Assembly: GCF_009914755.1 (NCBI RefSeq)
Contig: NC_060946.1
Length of the DNA stretch: 64,000 nt
Direction: 5' to 3' (one strand)
Source: the human T2T-CHM13v2.0 reference genome, Homo sapiens
Shown: positions 37,901-49,992 of the stretch, piece by piece
How the letters are laid out: each line of letters opens with the position of its first letter
Position numbering within the stretch: the stretch's first letter is position 1
Program-made: the position numbers and the translations under genes
Notes under the pieces: model-generated
Seen by the model: the letters and a program-made list of their open reading frames with translations, nothing else
Told to the model about the DNA's origin: nothing
Database searches by the model: none

Positions 37901-40900
37901 TGCCTAGGCTTTGCCTACAGGGAACATTGGACATATATCTGCACTGATCACCCAGGTGATGCAACTCCTGCCTAGGCTTTGCCTACAGGGGACATTGTGA
38001 CATATCTCTTCAATGATCACTCATGTGATGCATCTCTTGCCTAGGCTTTGCCTACAGAGGACATTGTGACATATCTCTGCACTGATCTCCCAGGTGCTGT
38101 AACTTTAGTCTTGGCTCTGGCTACACGGCATTGTGACATATCACTGCACTGATCAACCAGGTGATATAACCCTTGTATAGGCTCTGCCTACAGGGGGATT
38201 GTGACCTACCTCTGCACTGATCACCCAGGTGATATAACTCTTCTCTAGGATCTGCCTACAGGGTACTTTGTGACATATCCCTGCACTGATCACCCAGGTG
38301 ATCTATCTCTGGTCTAAGCTCTGCCTAAAGGGGCATTGTGACAGATCTCTGCACTGATCACTCAGGTGATGTAAGTATTGTCTAGGCTCGGCTTCAAGGG
38401 GCCTTGTCACATATCTCTGCACTGATCACCCAGGTGATGTAACTCTTGTCTAGGCTCTGCTTCCAGGTCATATTGTTACATATCTATGCACTGATCACCT
38501 TAGTGATGTAACATTTTGGTAGGCTCGGCCTACAGGGGAATCTTGACATATCTCTGCACTGTTAACCGAGGTGATTTAACTCTTGTCTAGGCTGTGCCCA
38601 CAGGGGGATTGAGACATATCTCTGCACTGATCCCGAGGTGATACAACTCTTGCCTGGTCTCTGCCTACTGTTGACATTGTGACATATCTCTGCACTGATC
38701 TCCCAGGTGCTGTAACTTTAGTCTAGGCTCTGGCTACACGGCATTGTGACATATCACTGCACTGATCACCCAGGCGATATAACTCTTCTCTAGGATCTGA
38801 CCACAGGGTGCTTTGTGACATATCCCTGCAATGATCACCCAGGTGATATACCACTTGCCAAGGCTCTGCCTACAGGGGCATTGCAATGTATCTCTGCACT
38901 GATCACCTAGGTCTTGTAGCTATTTTCTAGGATCTGCCTACAGGGTGCTTTGTGACGTGTCCCAGCAAGGATTACCCAGGTGATGTACCTCTCATCAAGG
39001 CTCTGCCTACAGGCACATTGTGATGTATCTCTGCACTGATCACCTAGGTCATGTACCCTTTTTCTAGGCTCTACCTACGATGGCATTGTGACATATCTCT
39101 GCACTAATCATCCAAGTGATGTAACACCTGTCTAGGATGTGCCTAAATTAACTTTTTGACATAACCCTGTACTGATCATCCAGGTGATGGAGCTTTTGTC
39201 TAGGCTCTGCCTAAGGGGGCATTGTGACATATTTCTGCATTGATCCCCCAGGTGGCGAACTCTTCTCTCGGATCTGCCTATGGGGGCATTGTGAGAAATC
39301 TCTGCACTGATCACCCAGGTGATGTAACTGTTGTGTAACCTCTGCCTACAGGGGAATTGTGAGAGATCTCGTCACTGATTACCCAAGTGATGTAACCGTT
39401 GTCTAGGCTTTGCATACAGGGGGCTTTGTGACATACCTTTGCACTGATCACCCAGGTGATGTAACACATCTAAGTTCGGCCTAAAGGAGCTTTGTGACAT
39501 ATCTCTGCACTGATCACTTAGGTGATGTAACACTTTTATAATGACTGCCTACAGGGAATTTTGACAAATCTCTGCACTGATCACCTAGGTGATGTAACTC
39601 TTGTCTACCCTCTGTCCTACGGGGCATTGTGAAATATCTCTGCACTGATCACCCAGGGGATTCAACTCTTGACTAGGAACTGCCTACAGAGGTTATTGTG
39701 AAATATCTCTGCACTGATAAACTAGGTGGTGTAACCCTTGTCCAAGCTCTGCCTACAGGGGCGTTTCCACATATCCCTGAACTGATGACAAAGGTGATGT
39801 AACTCTTGCCTAGGCTTTGCCTACAGGGAACATTGGACATATATCTGCACTGATCACCCAGGTGATGCAACTCCTGCCTAGGCTTTGCCTACAGGGGACA
39901 TTGTGACATATCTCTTCAATGATCACTCATGTGATGCATCTCTTGCCTAGGCTTTGCCTGCAGGGGCATTGTGACATATCTCTGCACTGATCTCCCAGGT
40001 GCTGTAACTTTAGTCTAGGCTCTGACTACACGGCATTGTGACATATCACTGCACTGATCAACCAGGTGATATAACTCTTGTATAGGCTCTGCCTACAGGG
40101 GGATTGTGACCTACCTCTGCACTGATCACCCAGGTGATATAACTCTTCTCTAGGATCTGCCTACAGGGTACTTTGTGACATATCCCTGCACTGATCACCC
40201 AGGTGATCTATCTCTGGTCTAAGCTCTGCCTAAAGGTGCATTGTGACAGATCTCTGCACTGATCACTCAGGTGATGTAAGTATTGTCTAGGCTCGGCTTC
40301 AAGGGGCCTTGTCACATATCTCTGCACTGATCACCCAGGTGATGTAACTCTTGTCTAGGCTCTGCTTCCAGGGCATATTGTGACATGTCTATGCACTGAT
40401 CACCTTAGTGATGTAACACTTTGGTAGGCTCGGCCTACAGGGGAATCTTGACATATCTCTGCACTGTTAACCGAGGTGATTTAACTCTTGTCTAGGCTGT
40501 GCCCACAGGGGGATTGAGACATATCTCTGCACTGATCCCGAGGTGATACAACTCTTGCCTGGTCTCTGCCTACTGTGGATATTGTGACATATCTCTGCAC
40601 TGATCTCCCAGGTGCTGTAACTTTAGTCTAGGCTCTGGCTACACGGCATTGTGACATATCACTGCACTGATCACCCAGGCGATATAACTCTTCTCTAGGA
40701 TCTGACCACAGGGTGCTTTGTGACATATCCCTGCAATGATCACCCAGGTGATATACCACTTGCCAAGGCTCTGCCTACAGGGGCATTGCAATGTATCTCT
40801 GCACTGATCACCTAGGACTTGTAGCTATTTTCTAGGATCTGCCTACAGGGTGCTTTCTGACGTGTCCCAGCAAGGATTACCCAGGTGATGTACCTCTCAT

Positions 40901-43900
40901 CAAGGCTCTGCCTACAGGCACATTGTGATGTATCTCTGCACTGATCACCTAGGTCATGTAACCTTTTTCTAGGCTCTACCTACGATGGCATTGTGACATA
41001 TCTCTGCACTAATCATCCAAGTGATGTAACACTTGTCTAGGATGTGCCTAAATTAACTTTTTGACATAACCCTGTACTGATCATCCAGGTGATGGAGCTT
41101 TTGCCTAGGCTCTGCCTAAGGGGGCATTGTGACATATTTCTGCATTGATCACCCAGGTGGCGAACTCTTCTCTCGGATCTGCCTATGGGGGCATTGTGAG
41201 AAATCTCTGCACTGATAACCCAGGTGATGTAACTGTTGTGTAACCTCTGCCTACAGGAGAATTGTGAGAGATCTCGTCACTGATTACCCAAGTGATGTAA
41301 CCGTTGTCTAGGCTTTGCATACAGGGGGCTCTGTGACATACCTTTGCACTGACCACCCAGGTGATGTAACACATCTAAGTTCGGCCTAAAGGAGCTTTGT
41401 GACATATCTCTGCACTGATCACTTAGGTGATGTAACACTTTTATAATCACTGCCTACAGGGAATTTTGACAAATCTCTGCACTGATCACCTAGGTGATGT
41501 AACTCTTGTCTACCCCCTGTCCAACGGGGCATTGTGAAATATCTCTGCACTGATCACCCAGGTGATTCAACTCTTGACTAGGAACTGCCTACAGAGGTTA
41601 TTGTGAAATATCTCTGCACTGATAAACTAGGTGGTGTAACCCTTGTCCAAGCTCTGCCTACAGGGGCGTTTCCACATATCCCTGAACTGATGATAAAGGT
41701 GATGTAACTCTTGCCTAGGCTTTGCCTACAGGGAACATTGGACATATATCTGCACTGATCACCCAGGTGATGCAACTCCTGCCTAGGCTTTGCCTACAGG
41801 GGACATTGTGACATATCTCTTCAATGATCACCCATGTGATGCATCTCTTGCCTAGGCTTTGCCTACAGGGGACATTGTGACATATCTCTGCACTGATCTC
41901 CCAGGTGCTGTAACTTTAGTCTAGGCTCTGGCTACACGGCATTGTGACATATCACTGCACTGATCAACCAGGTGATATAACTCTTGTATAGGCTCTGCCT
42001 ACAGGGGGATTGTGACCTACCTCTGCACTGATCACCCAGGTGATATAACTCTTCTCTAGGATCTGCCTACAGGGTACTTTGTGACATATCCCTGCACTGA
42101 TCACCCAGGTGATCTATCTCTGGTCTAAGCTCTGCCTAAAGGGGCATTGTGACAGATCTCTGCACTGATCACTCAGGTGATGTAAGTATTGTCTAGGCAA
42201 GGCTTCAAGGGGCCTTGTCACATATCTCTGCACTGATCACCCAGGTGATGTAACTCTTGTCTAGGCTCTGCTTCCAGGGCATATTGTGACATATCTATGC
42301 ACTGATCACCTTAGTGATGTAACACTTTGGTAGGCTCGGCCTACAGGGGAATCTTGACATATCTCTGCACTGTTAACCGAGGTGATTTAACTCTTGTCTA
42401 GGCTGTGCCCACAGGGGGATTGAGACATATCTCTGCACTGATCCCGAGGTGATACAACTCTTGCCTGGTCTCTGCCTACTGTGGACATTGTGACATATCT
42501 CTGCACTGATCTCGCAGGTGCTGTAACTTTAGTCTAGGCTCTGGCTACACGGCATTGTGACATATCACTTCACTGATCACCCAGGCGATATAACTCTTCT
42601 CTAGGATCTGAACACAGGGTGCTTTGTGACATATCCCTGCAATGATCACCCAGGTGATATACCACTTGCCAAGGCTCTGCCTACAGGGGCATTGCAATGT
42701 ATCTCTGCACTGATCACCTAGGTCTTGTAGCTATTTTCTAGGATCTGCCTACAGGGTGCTTTGTGACGTGTCCCAGCAAGGATTACCCAGGTGATGTACC
42801 TCTCATCAAGGCTCTGCCTACAGGCACATTGTGATGTATCTCTGCACTGATCACCTAGGTCATGTAACCTTTTTCTAGGCTCTACCTACGATGGCATTGT
42901 GACATATCTCTGCACTAATCATCCAAGTGATGTAACACTTGTCTAGGATGTGCCTAAATTAACTTTTTGACATAACCCTGTTCTGATCATCCAGGTGATG
43001 GAGCTTTTGTCTAGGCTCTGCCTAAGGGGGCATTGTGACATATTTCTGCATTGATCACCCAGGTGGCGAACTCTTCTCTCGGATCTGCCTATGGGGGCAT
43101 TGTGAGAAATCTCTGCACTGATAACCCAGGTGATGTAACTGTTGTGTAACCTCTGCCTACAGGGGAATTGTGAGAGATCTCGTCACTGATTACCCAAGTG
43201 ATGTAACCGTTGTCTAGGCTTTGCATACAGGGGGCTTTGTGACATACCTTTGCACTGATCACCCAGGTGATGTAACACATCTAAGTTCGGCCTAAAGGAG
43301 CTTTGTGACATATCTCTGCACTGATCACTTAGGTGATGTAACACTTTTATAATCACTGCCTACAGGGAATTTTGACAAATCTCTGCACTGATCACCTAGG
43401 TGATGTAACTCTTGTCTACCCCCTGTCCAACAGGGCATTGTGAAATATCTCTGCACTGATCACCCAGGTGATTCAACTCTTGACTAGGAACTGCATACAG
43501 AGGTTATTGTGAAATATCTCTGCACTGATAAACTAGGTGGTGTAACCATTGTCCAAGCTCTGCCTACAGGGGCGTTTCCACATATCCCTGAACTGATGAC
43601 AAAGGTGATGTAACTCTTGCCTAGGCTTTGCCTGCAGGGAACATTGGACATATATCTGCACTGATCACCCAGGTGATGCAACTCTTGCCTAGGCTTTGCC
43701 TACAGGGGACATTGTGACATATCTCTTCAATGATCACTCATGTGATGCATCTCTTGCCTAGGCTTTGCCTACAGGGGACATTGTGACATATCTCTGCACT
43801 GATCTCCCAGTTGCTGTAACTATAGTCTAGGCTCTGGCTACACGGCATTGTGACATATCACTGCGCTGATCAACCAGGTGATATAACTCTTGTATAGGCT

Positions 43901-46900
43901 CTGCCTACAGGGGGATTGTGACCTACCTCTGCACTGACCACGCAGGTGATATAACTCTTCTCTAGTATCTTCCTACAGGGTACTTTGTGACATATCCCTG
44001 CACTGATCACCCAGGTGATCTATCTCTGGTCTAAGCTCTGCCTAAAGGGGCATTGTGACAGATCTCTGCACTGATCACTCAGGTGATGTAAGTATTGTCT
44101 AGGCTCTGCTTCAAGGGGCCTTGTCACATATCTCTGCACTGATAACCCAGGTGATGTAACTCTTGTCTAGGCTCTGCTTCCAGGGCATATTGTGACATAT
44201 CTATGCACTGATCACCTTAGTGATGTAACACTTTGGTAGGCTCGGCCTACAGGGGAATGTTGACATATCTCTGCACTGTTAACCGAGGTGATTTAACTCT
44301 TGTCTAGGCTGTGCCCACAGGGGGATTGAGACATATCTCTGCACTGATCCCGAGGTGATACAACTCTTGCCTGGTCTCTGCCTACTGTGGACATTGTGAC
44401 ATATCTCTGCACTGATCTCCCAGGTGCTGTAACTTTAGTCTAGGCTCTGGCTACACGGCATTGTGACATATCACTGCACTGATCACCCAGGCGATATAAC
44501 TCTTCTCTAGGATCTGACCACAGGGTGCTTTGTGACATATCCCTGCAATGATCACCCAGGTGACATACAACTTGCCAAGGCTCTGCCTACAGGGGCATTG
44601 CAATGTATCTCTGCACTGATCACCTAGGTCTTGTAGCTATTTTCTAGGATCTGCCTACAGGGTGCTTTGTGAGGTGTCCCAGCAAGGTTTACCCAGGTGA
44701 TGTATCTCTCATCAAGGCTCTGCCTACAGGCACATTGTGATGTATCTCTGCACTGATCACCTCGGTCATGTAACTTTTTTCTAGGCTCTACCTACGATGG
44801 CATTGTGACATATCTCTGCACTAATCATCCAAGTGATGTAACACTTGTCTAGGATGTGCCTAAATTAACTTTTTGACATAACCCTGTACTGATCATCCAG
44901 GTGATGGAGCTTTTGTCTAGGCTCTGCCTAAGGGGGCATTGTGACATATTTCTGCATTGATCACCCAGGTGGCGAACTCTTGTCTCGGATCTGCCTATGG
45001 GGGCATTGTGAGAAATCTCTGCACTGATCACCCAGGTGATGTAACTGTTGTGTAACCTCTGCCTACAGGGGAATTGTGAGAGATCTCGTAACTGATTACC
45101 CAAGTGATGTAACCGTTGTCTAGGCTTTGCATACAGGGGGCTTTGTGACATACCTTTGCACTGATCACCCAGGTGATGTAACACAGCTAATTTCGGCCTA
45201 AAGGAGCTTTGTGACATATCTCTGCACTGATCACTTAGGTGATGTAACACTTTTATAATCACTGCCTACAGGGAATTTTGACAAATCTCTGCACTGATCA
45301 CCTAGGTGATGTAACTCTTCTCTACCCCCTGTCCAACAGGGCATTGTGAAATATCTCTGCACTGATCACCCAGGTGATTCAACTCTTGACTAGGAACTGC
45401 CTACAGAGGTTATTGTGAAATATCTCTGCACTGATAAACTAGGTGGTGTAACCATTGTCCAAGCTCTGCCTACAGGGGCTTTTCCACATATCCCTGAACT
45501 GATGACAAAGGTGATGTAACTCTTGCCTAGGCTTTGCCTACAGGGAACATTGGACATATATCTGCACTGATCACCCAGGTGATGCAACTCTTGCCTAGGC
45601 TTTGCCTACAGGGGCATTGTGACATATCTCTTCAATGATCACTCATGTGATGCATCTCTTGCCTAGGCTTTGCCTACAGGGGACATTGTGACATATCTCT
45701 GCACTGATCTCCCAGTTGCTGTAACTTTAGTCTAGGCTCTGGCTACACGGCATTGTGACATATCACTGCACTGGTCAACCAGGTGATATAACTCTTGTAT
45801 AGGCTCTGCCTACAGGGGGATTTTGACCTACCTCTGCACTGATCACGCCGGTGATATAACTCTTCTCTAGGATCTTCCTACAGGGTACTTTGTGACATAT
45901 CCCTGCACTGATCACCCAGGTGATCTATCTCTGGTCTAAGCTCTGCCTAAAGGGGCATTGTGACCGATCTCTGCACTGATCACTCAGGTGATGTAAGTAT
46001 TGTCTTGGCTCTGCTTCAAGGGGCCTTGTCACATATCTCTGCACTGATCACCCAGGTGATGTAACTCTTGTCTAGGCTCTGCTTCCAGGGCATATTGTGA
46101 CATATCTATGCACTGATCACCTTAGTGATGTAACACTTTGGTAGGCTCGGCCTACAGGGGAATCTTGACATATCTCTGCACTGTTAACCGAGGTGATTTA
46201 ACTCTTGTCTAGGCTGTGCCCACAGGGGGATTGAGACATATCTCTGCACTGATCCCGAGGTGATACAACTCTTGCCTGGTCTCTGCCTACTGTGGACATT
46301 GTGACATATCTCTGCACTGATCTCCCAGGTGCTGTAACTTTAGTCTAGGCTCTGGCTACACGGCATTGTGACATAACACTGCACTGATCACCCAGGCGAT
46401 ATAACTCTTCTCTAGGATCTGTCCACAGGGTGCTTTGTGACATATACCTGCAATGATCACCCAGGTGATATACCACTTGCCAAGGCTCTGCCTACAGGGG
46501 CATTGCAATGTATCTCTGCACTGATCACCTAGGTCTTGTAGCTATTTTCTAGGATGTGCCTACAGGGTGCTTTGTGACGTGTCCCAGCAAGGATTACCCA
46601 GGTGATGTACCTCTCATCAAGGCTCTGCCTACAGGCACATTGTGATGTATCTCTGCACTGATCACCTAGGTCATGTAAATTTTGTATAGGCTCTACCTAC
46701 GATGGCATTGTGACATATCTCTGCACTAATCATCCAAGTGATGTAACTCTTGTCTTGGATGTGCCTAAATTAACTTTTTGACATAACCCTGTACTGATCA
46801 TCCAGGTGATGGAGCTTTTGTCTAGGCTCTGCCTAAGGGGGCATTGTGACGTATTTCTGCATTGATCCCCAAGTGGCGAACTCTTCTCTCGGATCTGCCT

Positions 46901-49900
46901 ATGGGGGCATTGTGAGAAATCTCTGCACTGATCACCCAGGTGATGTAACTATTGTGTAACCTCTGCCTACAGGGGAATTGTGAGAGATCTCGTCACTGAT
47001 TACCCAAGTGATGTAACCGTTGTCTAGGCTTTGCGTACAAGGGGCTTTGTGACATACATTTGCACTGATCACCCAGGTGATGTAACACATCTAAGTTCGG
47101 CCTAAAGGAGCTTTGTGACATATCTCTGCACTGATCACTTAGGTGATGTAACACTTTTATAATCACTGCCTACAGGGAATTTTGACAAATCTCTGCACTG
47201 ATCACCTAGGTGATGTAACTCTTGTCTACCCCCTGTCCAACGAGGCATTGTGAAATATCTCTGCACTGATCACCCAGGTGACTCAACTCTTGACTAGGAA
47301 CTGCCTACAGAGGTTATTGTGAAATATCTCTGCACTGATAAACTAGGTGGTGTAACCCTTGTCCAAGCTCTGCCTACAGGGGCGTTTCCACATATCCCTG
47401 AACTGATGACAAAGGTGATGTAACTCTTGCCTAGGCTTTGCCTACAGGGAACATTGGACATATATCTGCACTGATCACCCAGGTGATGCAACTCCTGCCT
47501 AGGCTTTGCCTACAGGGGACATTGTGACATATCTCTTCAATGATCACTCATGTGATGCATCTCTTGCCTAGGCTTTGCCTGCAGGGGCATTGTGACATAT
47601 CTCTGCACTGATCACCCAGGTGCTGTAACTTTAGTCTAGGCTCTGACTACACGGCATTGTGACATATCACTGCACTGATCAACCAGGTGATATAACTCTT
47701 GTATAGGCTCTGCCTACAGGGGGATTGTGACCTACCTCTGCACTGATCACCCAGGTGATATAACTCTTCTCTAGGATCAGCCTACAGGGTACTTTGTGAC
47801 ATATCCCTGCACTGATCACCCAGGTGATCTATCTGTGGTCTAAGCTCTGCCTAAAGGGGCATTGTGACAGATCTCTGCACTGATCACTCAGGTGATGTAA
47901 GTATTGTCTAGGCTCGGCTTCAAGGGGCCTTGTCACATATCTCTGCACTGATCACCCAGGTGATGTAACTCTTGTCTAGGCTCTGCTTCCAGGGCATATT
48001 GTGACATATCTATGCACTGATCACCTTAGTGATGTAACACTTTGGTAGGCTCGGCCTACAGGGGAATCTTGACATATCTCTGCACTGTTAACCGAGGTGA
48101 TTTAACTCTTGTCTAGGCTGTGCCCACAGGGGGATTGAGACATATCTCTGCACTGATCCCGAGGTGATACAACTCTTGCCTGGTCTCTGTCTACTGTGGA
48201 CATTGTGACATATCTCTGCACTGATCTCGCAGGTGCTGTAACTTTAGTCTAGGCTCTGGCTACACGGCATTGTGACATATCACTTCACTGATCACCCAGG
48301 CGATATAACTCTTCTCTAGGATCTGACCACAGGGTGCTTTGTGACATATCCCTGCAATGATCACCCAGGTGATATACCACTTGCCAAGGCTCTGCCTACA
48401 GGGGCATTGCAATGTATCTCTGCACTGATCACCTAGGTCTTGTAGCTATTTTCTAGGATCTGCCTACAGGGTGCTTTGTGACGTGTCCCAGCAAGGATTA
48501 CCCAGGTGATGTACCTCTCATCAAGGCTCTGCCTACAGGCACATTGTGATGTATCTCTGCACTGATCACCTAGGTCATGTAACCTTTTTCTAGGCTCTAC
48601 CTACGATGGCATTGTGACATATCTCTGCACTAATCATCCAAGTGATGTAACACTTGTCTAGGATGTGCCTAAATTAACTTTTTGACATAACCCTGTACTG
48701 ATCATCCAGGTGATGGAGCTTTTGTCTAGGCTCTGCCTAAGGGGGCATTGTGACATATTTCTGCATTGATCACCCAGGTGGCGAACTCTTCTCTCGGATC
48801 TGCCTATGGGGGCATTGTGAGAAATCTCTGCACTGATAACCCAGGTGATGTAACTGTTGTGTAACCTCTGCCTACAGGGGAATTGTGAGAGATCTCGTCA
48901 CTGATTACCCAAGTGATGTAACCGTTGTCTAGGCTTTGCATACAGGGGGCTTTGTGACATACCTTTGCACTGATCACCCAGGTGATGTAACACATCTAAG
49001 TTCGGCCTAAAGGAGCTTTGTGACATATCTCTGCACTGATCACTTAGGTGATGTAACACTTTTATAATCACTGCCTACAGGGAATTTTGACAAATCTCTG
49101 CACTGATCACCTAGGTGATGTAACTCTTGTCTACCCCCTGTCCAACAGGGCATTGTGAAATATCTCTGCACTGATCACCCAGGTGATTCAACTCTTGACT
49201 AGGAACTGCATACAGAGGTTATTGTGAAATATCTCTGCACTGATAAACTAGGTGGTGTAACCATTGTCCAAGCTCTGCCTACAGGGGCGTTTCCACATAT
49301 CCCTGAACTGATGACAAAGGTGATGTAACTCTTGCCTAGGCTTTGCCTGCAGGGAACATTGGACATATATCTGCACTGATCACCCAGGTGATGCAACTCT
49401 TGCCTAGGCTTTGCCTACAGGGGACATTGTGACATATCTCTTCAATGATCACTCATGTGATGCATCTCTTGCCTAGGCTTTGCCTACAGGGGACATTGTG
49501 ACATATCTCTGCACTGATCTCCCAGTTGCTGTAACTTTAGTCTAGGCTCTGGCTACACGGCATTGTGACATATCACTGCGCTGATCAACCAGGTGATATA
49601 ACTCTTGTATAGGCTCTGCCTACAGGGGGATTGTGACCTACCTCTGCACTGATCACGCAGGTGATATAACTCTTCTCTAGGATCTGCCTACAGGGTACTT
49701 TGTGACATATCCCTGCACTGATCACCCAGGTGATCTATCTCTGGTCTAAGCTCTGCCTAAAGGGGCATTGTGACAGATCTCTGCACTGATCACTCAGGTG
49801 ATGTAAGTATTGTCTAGGCTCTGCTTCAAGGGGCCTTGTCACATATCTCTGCACTGATCACCCAGGTGATGTAACTCTTGTCTAGGCTCTGCTTCCAGGG

Positions 49901-49992
49901 CATATTGTGACATATCTATGCACTGATCACCTTAGTGATGTAACACTTTGGTAGGCTCGGCCTACAGGGGAATCTTGACATATCTCTGCACT

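Larger units (their letters stand above)
12495..49992 (+). repeat. HOR domain 2: canonical 28-mer HOR (1904-1906 bp), 19 units, two of which carry internal duplications
   Basis: GTTAAC marker at 12495, 14401, 16307, 18213, 20734, 22640 … 48087 and 49993. The intact Z monomer (GATCAACCAGGTGATATAACTCTTGTATAGG) first appears at 13991. Twenty-eight monomers are counted per unit, and ORF-track offsets repeat at 1904-1906. Confidence 0.93.
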
